From contig NC_043018.1 in NCBI RefSeq assembly GCF_006345805.1, positions 10,912,001 to 10,976,000 of the forward strand: DNA of 64,000 nt. Reading direction: 5' to 3'. The first letter of the stretch is position 1; every line of letters begins with the position of its first letter. This document shows, in pieces, positions 1-12,710 of this stretch. The position numbers and the translations under genes were made by a program. Below the pieces are notes generated by a model. That model saw nothing but the letters and a program-made list of their open reading frames with translations, was not told the origin of the DNA and did no database searches. This DNA comes from Octopus sinensis. Lineage: Eukaryota.

Positions 1-214
1 TTTCCTCTAGAGAATTCCCTTGTAGTTTGATCGTTGATGATCTGTTTCTAGCATACGGCCGACTTCCTAGCAGTCCAGCCCTGCCTATATACACATATAT
101 TAGAATTTTCTCTGACTTCTCAGATTTTTTGTATGCTGGACTACTGGTTTTAAATTGATATTAAAATTAATATTAATTTATCTCCCTCATTATTTAAATA
201 TATATATACATATA

Positions 215-609
215 CTAGCAGTATCGCCCGGCGTTGCTCGGGTTTGTAAGGGAAATAATTATATAAGCATTTTTAGAGATGTAAAGTATAATAGCCATCT
301 CAATATGGCTAACCACAAAGGGGGAGGGGTGTTACTGTAGCTTTTTACGTTCTGAGATTTAATAATAAATTTTAGAGAGTTACTTCCCTTATATATGTCA
401 AAAATGGATTAAAAATGGGAAAAATTGATGGTAAATTTTTTTTTAAATCGTAGACTCATCGTAGACGCGCGCTAATACCCAGACGGTCTCGATATGAATC
501 ACGACTATAAGATACCCGGTTTTGGTTAAACTGCACCGCAAAATGTGGGAGTAGTTAGGAATCTAAATCGTAGGAGACAGACACACAACCTCACTTTTAT
601 ATATAAAGA
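215..609 (-). mobile_element. Non-autonomous Helitron-like element
   Basis: On - strand: A|TC start at 609, 3' hairpin CCCGAGCAACGCCGGG then CTAG|T at 215. Confidence 0.7.
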
Positions 610-672
610 TTTCCTCTATTTACATAATATTGAGGTCTCTTTCTTTCTTTTGTTATCTTACTGTTTTTACCA

Positions 673-703
<31 letters not shown>

Positions 704-709
704 TCTATA

Positions 710-747
<38 letters not shown>

Positions 748-819
748 TATATATAGTTACAGAGATGTACTTGCATAGCAAGTGACTTGATCTGAGATCG
801 TGTGCTGGAACGAAAACAG

Positions 820-1078
820 TTGCAGCGTTGAAGGTGTTTATAAGCCATTTAAGAAACACACAAAAACCGTTAGATTCACTTCAACATTTAAATTTAATTT
901 GTCAAAATATTTTCGTCGCTTTGAGACCGCGACCTGCTAGCACGATATTTTTGTCAGTGAACAGGTCGCGGTCTCAAAGCGAGGAAAATATTTTGGCAAA
1001 TTAAATTTAAATGTTGAAGTGAATCTAACGGTTTTTGTGTGTTTCTTAAATGGCTTACAAACACCTTCCACGCTGCAA
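820..1078. repeat. 117-bp inverted repeat (113/117) with 25-nt spacer, flanked by TA-rich tracts
   Basis: 820-936 is the reverse complement of 962-1078. Confidence 0.9.
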
Positions 1079-1098
1079 TATATATATACACATATATA

Positions 1099-1129
<31 letters not shown>

Positions 1130-2418
1130 GTGTATATGTGTATGCATGTATGTGTGTGTGTGTGTGCGTGTCTGTGCTTGTGATTGTCCCCACCACTGCT
1201 TGACAACGAATGTTGGTTTGTTTACATCCCTGTCACCTAGTGGTTTGACAAAGGAAACAGATAGAATAAGTACAATGCTTACAAAAATAAAACTGGAGTT
1301 GATTCATTAAACTACAATTCTTCAAGGCATTGCCCCAGCATGGCCACAGACCAATGGCTGGAAAAAGCAGAAGAATAAAAGAATACATTCTCTGCTTTGG
1401 TCTTATGTTTCCCCCAAATCACACCTTACTGTCTTATCTATGTATATATGTATGTATGAGCCTTAAACCACTACTCAAAAAATAAAAAAACACAGCAAAC
1501 AGAAACAAATAAATACATAACGATTTACTCCTCATACAATTTCTTCAATTAGAGTTTACCTAAGATTTTTCAGAGTACTTCCAGTGGGTGATGCCATAAC
1601 AAATTTCTTTCAATTTCACCCCCAATTAAGACAAAATTCGAGAAAACTCAATATTTTAACATTTCACTCCGAAAGCATTGATGTACATGTGTGCGTGCGT
1701 GAGTGTGTGTGGTGTGTGTGTGTGTGTGTTTGATGGGTTGTGCGACACAGAAAGTGTGGTGTGTAAGTGAAGTGCTTTTGTTAGTGTGTGTAAAGAGACA
1801 GACAGAGTGAAAGACAGAAATAACTGAACTTTTTTTATTCACTTTTTGTAGTGAGTGACTGAGAGAGAAAAGAGAGAGAGAGGTTATGTATGTATATATG
1901 TATGTATGGCTTCAGTGACACACACACACAAAAACACATACCTACGTACACCTAAAGCACGCACACACACACACACACAAGCGGAGCGCGAACTTCAAAA
2001 TTTTGGTAGTATTAATTTGCGAGCGTACTTCTAAGCGCGCGTAATTGAAAGTTTTCACTATGATATCATCACGTGCGAAAAAATTCGAAGGGTTTTGAAC
2101 AATTGAGATACAGATGTCACGCCTGTATTGAAACCATTGCTAAGCTGCCGTAATTGCTTAATTAAGACTTTGTTTAAATTGAAAGGGGCAAATATGTGAC
2201 GAAGTTGAAAAAAAATACCCCAGAAAAAAAAATGTACTGCTGGTATTTATATAATTCACTACTATTTTGCTACAATGTCATGAAAAAGAAAAAAATTAGC
2301 TATGTACAACATATATTATACATTTTTTATGTTCATTCAACGAAAATAAAAATATCGAATTCGCCACCCCCTTTTCCCCGTTCGCGTTTGTGTAAAAAAA
2401 ATTATTATTTAAGTTTTA

Positions 2419-2776
2419 TCTCTATATAAAGCTAAAGTTGTCTGTGTGCGCCACGTTTGGTAACCTTCAACTAACACTATCTCCTCCGAGACCCTGCGGC
2501 GCAAGTTGACCAAAATTGAGAGTATGATAGAAGAAGGGTTGCTCTTCCTTCCGTAGAACATAAAATTCAAATCGGACCATGTTAACACCAAAAATTATTT
2601 ACATCAAAAAGATGCTTTTTTCTATGAAAATCCCTATTTTTTACGATTTTTTCACTGCTGTGTCGCCACTTTTCGGTGTATTTCGACCAGAAAAATGTTC
2701 ACAAAATTTTTACTTTTCAAAATTACAATTCCAGCGGGTCGAAACAAACACGATCAACGCCGGGCGATACTGCTAG
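2419..2776 (+). mobile_element. Non-autonomous Helitron-like element
   Basis: A|TC start, ends AACGCCGGGCGATACTGCTAG|T, the same 3' terminus as 215-609. Confidence 0.7.
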
Positions 2777-3699
2777 TATATATATATATACAAGCCACTA
2801 CGGTTATTTAATGTAAAGTCTTCCTCAAATCACTCTCGCTATTTACTCTCTTCCAAGAACATTTTCACTCACTCTTATCTCTTAGCTTGCCATACATTTT
2901 ACTCATGTATCTATCAGCGTGATAGACAGAAACAAATATTACATCGCCATCGCCATCGCATTCTATTGTCTACCTGTCAACACACACACAGTGAATTACT
3001 TTCATTTTATTCGTTGCACACTGTGTGTGTGCGTGTGCGTGTGGTGTAAACCACATTAAGAAAAGCATTTGACATACACACCAGAATGTGAGTTTTCTGT
3101 AAATTTTGCTTAATTGGAGTTTAAATTTAAAAAACTGGACCTGGCATGACCCGATGCATTCTACTCTTAAAAATGCTAGGTAAATTGTAATTGAAGAAAT
3201 CCTATATTGTAGATTTCCATAACTGACAAAGTGAGGCAGATAAAATCTGCCTTTTATAATAAGAGATATGACGGTGTTCTTTCTGTTTCAGTCTACCAAA
3301 TCCACTCACAAGGCTTTGGTCGGCCTGAGGCTACAGTAGAAGACACTTTGCCCAAGGTGCCACGCAGTGGGACTGAACCCGGAACCATGTGGTTCGTAAG
3401 CAAGCTACTTACCACACAGCCACTCCTACGCCTATACTTTAATTTTGTTTGTGAAATGAAACAGTTGTAGGTGGATATGTTAAGTAATTAATAAATTAAT
3501 TTGTATCCATTAAAATCTCTGTATTCTAACTGGATAAGATAGCATCGGCGTTTTATCCATGTGTCCGATAATTTATCAAATTTCTTCTTGACCGTTTATT
3601 TCCCCCTGTCCGTGTTTATGCCTCTGATGACTAAAAAGGCCGATTCTTGCATGGAAGCGTCTGTTGCAAAATTCACAGGGGATCCGTGGTGAAGGCTTC

Positions 3700-4620
3700 G
3701 ATTGTTGCAGCCTTCATTTTCTTTCTTGTCGTTTCTCTTCCTCTTTCCTCTGTCGATCAACTTCAAAAGGATCTGTCACCGTAGAGATGGAATGATACCA
3801 GCCGAGACTGTCCTGAGCTTCAATGTCCCAGGCTCTGGGATCGATTCCAGTCAGCTTTAGGCTTTGTTTCAGTTGATCTTTGTATCGACGGAGGGGACGG
3901 CCACGGAGTCTTCTTCCAGTGGAAAGTCCACCAGATAAAATTGGCGCAGTAGCCTGGTTTCTTTCATTCTTGCTACGTTGCCCGACCATCTCAGACAATG
4001 TTTCAGGACGGGAGCCTCGATCCTATTGCTTTTCGTTCTCTCCAAAACGGAGACATCAGTCACATAGTCATTCCATTTAATGGGATGGTATCAAAGGCCT
4101 TTTCGGGGTCATAGAAAACAAAAGGGCGAGGTTTTTGTTGTTCTCTAATCTTTTCTTGTAATAGTTGAGCACAATAGATCATGTCAGTTGTTACTCAGGA
4201 TGGTCGAAGTCCACATTGTGATTCAGGTAGGATCTCCTCCGTGACGATTTGGTGACGATCCAGAAGGAGCCTTGCACAGATTTTCCCCGCAGTGGGGAGC
4301 AGTGAGGTGCCACGATAGTTTCTATCTCCTTTTTTAAAGATGGTGATAATAACAGCATTTTTGAAGTTTTGGGGGAACATGGCAGTTCTTTCACATTCGG
4401 AGAATCAATGTGAACAGACTGGTGTTTAATAGTCGTCCATCATGTTTTAGAAGTCCCACTGGGATGTTGTCTGGGCCAGGGGACTTCCGCTGCTTCATGC
4501 GGTTGAAGGCAACTTGGGACTCTTCGTAGGATGGTGGCGTGGTCATCGAGTGTTTTGTTGGATGCATGGAGTAACTTCTAAACGAGAGTGAGACAGCATG
4601 TTTTTTGTCTATCACCTTAA
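3700..4620 (-). mobile_element. RTE-clade LINE ORF2 remnant, internally deleted
   Basis: KSPGPDNIP, IITIFKKGD..NYRGTSLL, LPESQCG and 3' LRWSGNVARM / GRPLRRYKDQLK motifs with frameshifts. Confidence 0.85.
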
Positions 4621-4712
4621 CTTCTTGGAGATTTTAGATATAATTACACTAATGTGTCCATCTGGTTCTAATTTAATTAAATTCTATGTTTTTGTGCAGC
4701 TGAAGATTGCTC

Positions 4713-5654
4713 GGATCTTTTCGGTTTGAACGGCAGATTTTTAAAATGATTTCTTTGTAACTAAACACTTTTAAACTTCGTATACTGGTAGAATGTGTTA
4801 CATAAAACATCTTTTTCTCTTGGCTTTCTTGAGAAAATTCTGTAGTTTGTAAGCTATTTGTTGTTTAATTTCTTGCATTTCGGTAATTTCAACCAATCAA
4901 TGACGTCTATTGAGGTGAATGCAATTTCTCCGGATCTTTGTCAACAACAATTATTTGCGGTGTCATATGAATTTGTCACTGTTATTTATGAGAAAAAAGA
5001 TACTCTGTGGCCATAAACCGAGGGGTCACTCGTAAACAGAGCTGGATAACAAAACCGTTCCCTCTTTAGTGTCCACTCATAATTATGGCCTTAGTATCGA
5101 TCTATTGCATTTCAATCTGTTTTAGGGTTAGGGTTAGTGTTAGGGTTAGGGTTAGAGTTAGGGTTAAAGTTAGGGGTGGGGGGAAGGGTATCTTTTTTTC
5201 TTCAGAAATGTAAATAAACCCAATCTGTTTCTTAAACGAATATATAATATGTAATGTGTGCAACAGAGAGGGAAATTAAAACTGCGTATGTTGTGAACTT
5301 AGAATATGTGTTTATTAATAAAAGTTTAATAATGATAATCTTTTATTCATACGAACGTAACTGATATGAAATATGTCATAAATAACAGGGACATTTTCTT
5401 ATGACACTGCAAATAATTGTTGTTGACAAAGATTCGGAGAAATTGTATTCACCTCAATAAACGTCATTGATTGGTTGAAATTGCCGAAATGCAAGAAATT
5501 AAACGACAAATAGCTTACAAACTACAGAATTTTCTCAAGAAAGCCAAGAGAAAAAGATGTTTTATGTAACACATTCTACCAGTATACGAAGTTTAGAAGT
5601 GTTTAGTTACAAAGAAATTATTTTAAAAATCTGCCAGTCAAAGCGAAAAGATCC
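4713..5654. mobile_element. Foldback MITE (Merlin-like) with about 278-bp TIRs, 8-bp TSD and central TTAGGG tract
   Basis: Termini GGATCTTTTC / GAAAAGATCC; TSD GATTGCTC at 4705-4712 and 5655-5662. Confidence 0.85.
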
Positions 5655-5960
5655 GATTGCTCTGCATTTTAAACTGTGTAATGATTGTATTGTTCAATTA
5701 AATGGAGTTGCATGAAACGATCGTACTGCATTACCTCTGGATTTCCTTGTTGCTCATTTTGATATATATATATATATTATATATATATATTATATATATA
5801 TATATATATATTATCTATATGAAAAAACAGTAAAAAATAGAAAATGCTAAAATAATTTTATAGTGAACATTTCAGATAAATAAAATTATTTTAGCATTTT
5901 CTATTTTTTCTTGTGTTTTTTCATATATATCAACTCGTGTGTTCCTTTTCACCTTTATAC

Positions 5961-5991
<31 letters not shown>

Positions 5992-5997
5992 GTTTTT

Positions 5998-6036
5998 TAG
6001 TTTCTGACGAAGAGCTTCGCTCGAAACATAAGGCTA
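5998..6036 (+). ncRNA. Minimal type I hammerhead ribozyme motif (Penelope/retrozyme-like), one stem III mismatch
   Basis: TAGTTT-CTGACGA-A-GAGC/TTC/GCTC-GAAAC-ATA-AGGCTA. Confidence 0.6.
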
Positions 6037-6170
6037 CTTCCTTTCCTTCCCTGGGCGTCTGCTAATACTTTGCTTGTACCCCGTCCTCGCGTTGTTTTTT
6101 TTTCTTGTGTTTTCTTTCTTCGTTTTTCTTTTTGTATTAACTAATATATATATATATAGCAATAATAAAT

Positions 6171-6201
<31 letters not shown>

Positions 6202-6988
6202 GTCTCTGTGTGTGTCTGTATGTATGCATGTGTTATACACACACACATTTGTATGTATGCAAGCACGTATGAATGAATGTGTGTGAGCGAATATGTGTGT
6301 GTATGTATGTGTATGTATCCATATAGTTCACCTATATGTGTATCAAATGCGGAAAGGCACAAATAAAAGATTTTATAGGTGGGTGTATAAATGAAGTGAC
6401 CGGCACGCGACAGGTACGATATATAAAACTAACAGGAGTCACATAAAAGGAACAATAAAATATAGAAAACAACGTCGAGCCTGTTCTGTTGGAAGGTGAG
6501 AGGAAAATTTTGTAACTTTATAGATAACAATAACAGCCAGAAAAGTGTGTGTGTATATATACGCGCCTTTGTGTGTGTGGTATGTATATGTCTGCGTGCA
6601 CACACATACATACAGACAAACAGACACACACATATTCACACACGATATGTTTTTGATGTACTGAAATTATCTTTGTTCTTAGAGAAGGTAAAACAAACGC
6701 CTGCTGGCAATTTTGACCAATTTCACATGAAAAAAGTAAATGTGGTAAGATTTCTTTCCAACTGCATGGTTCCGGGTTCAGTTCCACTGCATGGCACCTT
6801 GGGTAGGTACCTTTTTACTTATAGGGGTCGGCCTGACTAAAGTCTCGTGAGTAGATATTTGGTAGACAGAAACTGAAAGAAGCCCGTCGGATATATATAT
6901 ATATATATATATATTGTGATCTCTTGAGCACCACCAGCTCAAATATTTTCTCCTCTGTCTTCCCTCCTTGGGATCTTTCCTTCTCCTT

Positions 6989-7022
6989 GTTTCCGACGAA
7001 GGCTCCGCTCGAAACGTTAAAC
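6989..7022 (+). ncRNA. Hammerhead-like motif, U4C core variant, stem II 1-nt deletion
   Basis: GTTT-CCGACGA-A-GGCTCCGCTC-GAAAC-GTT-AAAC. Confidence 0.5.
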
Positions 7023-7375
7023 CCTCCTTCCCTTCTTTCCTGAGCGTCAATAATACTTTAATTGTTCCACGTCCTGCGTTGCTGTGTTTTTTTCCCCTTT
7101 TTTTTCTCTTTTTCTGTGTTTTCTTGTTTGGATTAACTTTATATATATATATATATATTATATATATATATATATATCTTTTGCTCTCTTACTTGTTTTG
7201 GAGCACTGCCTTTAGTCGAGCAAATCGACCCCGGGACTTATTCTTTGTAAGCCTAGTACTTATTCTATCGGTCTCTATTGCCGAACCGCTAAGTTACGGG
7301 GACGTAAACACAACAGCATCGGTTGTCAAGCGATGTTGGGGGGAGAAACACAGAGACATACACACACACACACAG

Positions 7376-7438
<63 letters not shown>

Positions 7439-8051
7439 CGACGGGCTTCTTTCAATTTCCGTCTACCAAATCCACTCACAAGGCTTTGATCAGCCTGAGG
7501 CTATAGTAGAAGACACTTGCTCAAGGTGCCACGCAGAGGGACTGAACCTGGAACCATGTGGGTGGCAAGCAAAGAAACAAAGGAATAAAAGGTCTAGAAT
7601 CAGGAATTCATTGGAGCTAACGTTTCCATTTAAGAAAAGACAATATTCTTTTCTCTCTCTGGAAATAAGAGGGTAACTGAAGTACATGTTTCTGTCCTTT
7701 TAAGCGTCACCAGCAAAGAAGTCCGTCTGGTTTAAAGTCGCTTATTGACATGCTACAACCTTAAAAGCCATGGACAGGGTGTCTCCTTTTTCTATCTTGT
7801 ATATCGCTACTATAATGGTTCCTTTTCATCGGAACTGGCTGGGCCTTGCCACTATCAAGTAGACCCACCCTGTTTTCTCGCCACCTCCTCCTCTGACGAT
7901 TCCTGCCACATCTAAGCCTCTCCTTCCTAGAATGCCGGTTCTTTCGACTTTATTCCTAGCTCATATCTTTCCTGCTGGTGTAGATTTACAGAGGTTCGAT
8001 CTCACCGGTCTCACAAGCCTGCAAAGATTACGCATGTTACCGCTTCTGCAA

Positions 8052-8158
<107 letters not shown>

Positions 8159-8232
8159 GGTCCCGGGTTGATTCGGGGTTAACCACAGTAAATAAGGTAC
8201 TCCATACATAGCAGAGTAAAATTAATTTATTA

Positions 8233-8348
8233 TATAGAAGGAGCTTCTACAGGACTAGAACTGTTTCAATAAAGAGAAATCTTCAGGAAGCTTCCTGATG
8301 ATTTCTCTTGAATGAAACAGTTCTAGTCCTGTAGAAGCTCCTTCTATA
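8233..8348. repeat. Spacerless palindrome, 58-bp arms (55/58)
   Basis: Centre GGAAG|CTTCC at 8290/8291; each arm reads CTGANGA..GAAAC outward. Confidence 0.9.
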
Positions 8349-8351
8349 ATA

Positions 8352-8421
<70 letters not shown>

Positions 8422-9034
8422 CCATACATTAATGCATACATATACGCTTACAAAAAGTGACTGAAACAAAACTAAGGGAAATTGTTTTGTGAAAGGTGAA
8501 CAAAGAAACTAAGAAAAAAAATGAAAAGTATGGAGAGGAGAGTGAGAGTGAGAGACGAAATAAACTAGTAAGAGATACATAAAGGGGAGATAGAGAGATA
8601 CAGCAGAAATATAGATATATATATATATATAGAGTAACAAAGTCATAACAAGTGAGGGAGAGGGGGGAGAGATTTAGTAAGAGATGTAAAGACAGAGACA
8701 GAGGGGCGGAGATAGAATGAGAAAGAGGTAAGAGAATGATAAGACTGAGAATAGTGGTGGGAGGAAAGTGTGATGTCAGACGACAAAAAAAAAATGTAGC
8801 AGACGTCAATATAAAAGTCAGCGATTTTGACTGATTTGGCTATAAAATTTGTGCATTTCGATGACTGAGAACAGGTCTAAAGAAATGGTAGAACAGTTCT
8901 TTAAAAGCTGTGGCACAACGAAGAGGACATATGAAGAAAAGTTTCATAGAAAATATTTTACTGATAAATTTTTTTACGGTAATAGTTTGGTATTTTGGAA
9001 AAGACACATAAATAGTCATACTGACGTGTATGTC

Positions 9035-9036
9035 TG

Positions 9037-9118
<82 letters not shown>

Positions 9119-9120
9119 CC

Positions 9121-9162
<42 letters not shown>

Positions 9163-9164
9163 CC

Positions 9165-9243
<79 letters not shown>

Positions 9244-9269
9244 CTGTCTGTCTGTCTCTCTCTGTCTAA

Positions 9270-9335
<66 letters not shown>

Positions 9336-9365
9336 CTGTCTGTCTGTCTGTCTCTCTCTGTCTAA

Positions 9366-9398
<33 letters not shown>

Positions 9399-9456
9399 AT
9401 ATATCTATCTATATATATATATCTATCATCTATCATCTATCTATCATCTATCTATC

Positions 9457-9499
<43 letters not shown>

Positions 9500-9512
9500 A
9501 TCTATCCATCCA

Positions 9513-9598
<86 letters not shown>

Positions 9599-9612
9599 AC
9601 CTATCTATCTAT
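9035..9612. repeat. (TCTA)n compound microsatellite
   Basis: Direct inspection; others at about 21570-21790 and 26805-26930. Confidence 0.95.
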
Positions 9613-10898
9613 TGCTCGGAGTTTGGTTCGGTCCGGACCTCCAAATGGAGAAGAACTGGGGCGAGATAACTACTAGGGTGGCTACTCTCACCCAGAAATG
9701 GGCTGAGAGAAAGTTATCCCTAAAAGGTCGGGCGGAGGTGGCGAACGCGTACATCGCATCCGTCATTGAGTATCGTCTGACCGTCGTGCCTTGTCCTGAC
9801 CCTACCATCACCAAAACTGGAACATATACTCTTCCGCTTCCTGTGGAAGGGAAACGTTCCGATGGTTAGGCGATCCATTTGCTGTCAACACCCGCTAAAT
9901 GAAGGGCTGGGCATGCCGTGGTTGATGATGCGCAGACATGCGCTGAGACTGCGACATCTCCGGCGCTTCATAGACGACGGTGAACAGGTGTGGTCGCCTT
10001 TAGTGCGACGCGCTTTCCCGCAGCTCGTCTCCTTGGCCGAACTACAATCGTGGATCAAACAGAGACCGAGGCTAGGCGAATGCCACTGCGAGTGTCGCGT
10101 TGCTCTCAAGCAACTCTGCCGCCCGGGACCAAACTTGTGCGACTTCATCACAACAAAGACTTTCTATAGAGGATTAGTGGAGGGGAGGTGCGACGACGTT
10201 CTCGGGCAGAATCTGGGCATCGACGAGGAACACCTGACCCGCTTGTTCAGGACAACTTTCGGGCGGGACCTATGGACAATCACCAAAGATCCCTAGCCTG
10301 GCAGTGCTATCGAGAAGCATTACCTGTTTGGGATAAGCTCTACAGGCACGGTTCGAGACACACTAGACCGACTTGCTCGAGATGCGGTCAGAGCGACGAA
10401 ACCGTTCTGCACGCACTCGTGCAATGTCTAACCATTTCGTCTGCTGTCAGGTGTGGGACGAGTCCGGCTGTCGGCCGAGTCTATCGTGAAAATTGCACCG
10501 CTCCCTTCCCTCAACCGGGAAGGCAAGGCAGTTTTCATCGTACTGGTGGCTATGGTGAAAGAATGTGTATGGTGGAGTCGAGCGAAAGGATTAGAGACAA
10601 ACACTTACCCCTCTGGCCAATCGCTCATCAACTTTTTCAAGTACCACTTGAAAAGGAAGGTGAGAATGGAAAGGCAGGTTTTGTCTCGTGAAAGTTTCAA
10701 TAAAAGGTGGGTGAATGTAGCAAAGATGGTGCGTGCGAGTGACGAAACCACTTTGAGCATGATCCTGTAAATCGTAAAAGAGAAAGAGAGAACACTTTGC
10801 TCTCATGTGTTTATTTCCTCCCTGCCTGAGGTTACCGTGGTCTTTTCTGTAGGCTTTTCTTTCCACGGATAAGCCTTTTGTTACATAAAAAAAAAAAT
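9612..10898 (+). mobile_element. 5'-truncated L1/Tx1-clade LINE (ORF2 C-terminus with zf-RVT), poly-A tail
   Basis: LGVWFGPD, LSLKGRAEVAN, GLGMP, CSRCGQSDETVLHALVQC motifs with frameshifts; A-tail at about 10886-10898. Confidence 0.85.
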
Positions 10899-11789
10899 TC
10901 TTTCTGTGATACACGACCCCTTTTGATCGCTTTTTTTCCCCCGATCCCTTTTGATCGAAATTTTACATTTGTTTCCTTTTTTTCTTTTTCCTTTTCCATC
11001 TTCGAAAAGAACCTCTTCAACAACTCTCTGTCCCATGTGTCTTCTCTGGTTCTGCTTATTCCATCTCGTATCTTTGTTAGGTTAGCAGAGAAAGACAAGA
11101 TGGAATAAACAGGACAAGAGAAGAAAGGCACGTGGGATGGAGCGTTGCTAAAGAGGTCACAGAGTGTGTAACGAAAGAACTCTGATAAAAAGAAAACAAA
11201 AGCTATAAAATAATACTAAAGTGAAGACTAAATACACAAACACAACACACACACACACACTCACACACACACGTACACACACACACTCACACACACACAC
11301 ACACACACACATGATGATATATATATATCTACAACGGGCTTCTTTCAGTTTCCGTCTACCATATCCACTCAAAAAGCTTTAGTCGGTCCGAGACTATAAT
11401 AGACGACATTTTCCCAAGGTGTCACGCAGCGGGACTGAACCCGGGACCATGTGGTTGGGAAGCAAGCTTATCACACAACCATGGTTGCATACGCGCGTGT
11501 ACACACACACACACACACACGTGTGAGAGAGAGGCAGAGATAGGTTAACAGATAACGAGTGAAATGTCAATAGATAAAAACAGAAGGAAAAAAAATCGTC
11601 TAAATTCATGAAAATTGATTTCGTGAAATTCTTAAATCGGCTCCAAATCTTTCTGTGTTCCATTGTTAAGCTGGTGGTGTTAATCTGTTTTGGTTATCCC
11701 ACTTACACTCGGTAAAAGAGGGGAGGGAGTATTCATGACCCCGTCCCGCTTATTGACATCCTTTATTGAAGGGAGGGGCAAGAGAAAAA

Positions 11790-11844
11790 CTACCATTACC
11801 GCCATCATCACTAACAACACCACCGTCATCACCCTCATCAACTT

Positions 11845-11877
<33 letters not shown>

Positions 11878-11924
11878 TACTACTACCACCACCACCATCA
11901 CCATCACAAGTATCACCATCATCG

Positions 11925-11957
<33 letters not shown>

Positions 11958-12030
11958 CCAACCAACATCATCATTACTACCACCACCACCACCACCACCA
12001 CCACCACCTCCACCATCATCATCACCGCCA
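11790..12030. repeat. Compound CAG/CAC/CAT trinucleotide repeat
   Basis: Direct inspection. Confidence 0.9.
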
Positions 12031-12326
12031 TGATTTTCTCATCCTTAATTTAGAAACTATATTTAGAACTAAATCCGTTTTATGTGTCCCTTCCTTCTTT
12101 TAATGACTCTAACGGTGTAGTTTGAGGAAGATTTGTCCCATTGCAGCCTCGAGTCTAAATTGTCGCTTTTGCACCTCATCAATTTTTTTCTTTACATCCG
12201 GTTTTACAAGTTTTGCATAGGTTACACGAATTTCAGCATAATGAGATATTAGCTTTCATTACATCTCGCCATGTTTTCCTAGGTCTTTCTTCAGCAGGTT
12301 CCTTACATTTGGCTTACTTGGTAATG

Positions 12327-12710
12327 GGATCTTTTCGGTTTGAACGGCAGTTTTTTCTAGCGGTGTCATATGAAATTGTCACCCATAATTATGACCCTAG
12401 TATCGATCTATTGCATTTCAATCTATTTTAGGGTTAGGGTTAGGGTTAGGGGTGGGGGAGGGCATCTTTTTTCTTCACAAATGTAAATAAACCCAATCTG
12501 TTTTTTAAACGAGGGACATATTCATACGGCACAGAATGTTTTTCACCTCAATAGACGTCATTGATTGGTTGAGATTGCATAAATTGAAGAAAAAAAACAA
12601 CAAATATCTTGCAAACTATAGAATTTTCTCAATAAAGCCAAGAGAAAAAGATGTTTTATAAACACATTCTACCAGTAAACGTGGAAATTATTTTTAAAAA
12701 CTGCCGTTCA
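12327..12710. mobile_element. Shorter member of the same TTAGGG-bearing MITE family, right TIR truncated
   Basis: GGATCTTTTCGGTTTGAACGGCAG start; TTAGGG x3-4 at about 12428-12452. Confidence 0.8.

Noticed and set aside
5122-5175. Possible true telomere or chromosome-fusion scar
   Set aside because: The tract is short, single-orientation and internal to a TIR element with a TSD.
11680-12103. Poly-His/Thr/Ser ORFs resembling low-complexity proteins
   Set aside because: Compound trinucleotide microsatellite open in most frames, with no domain or splice evidence.
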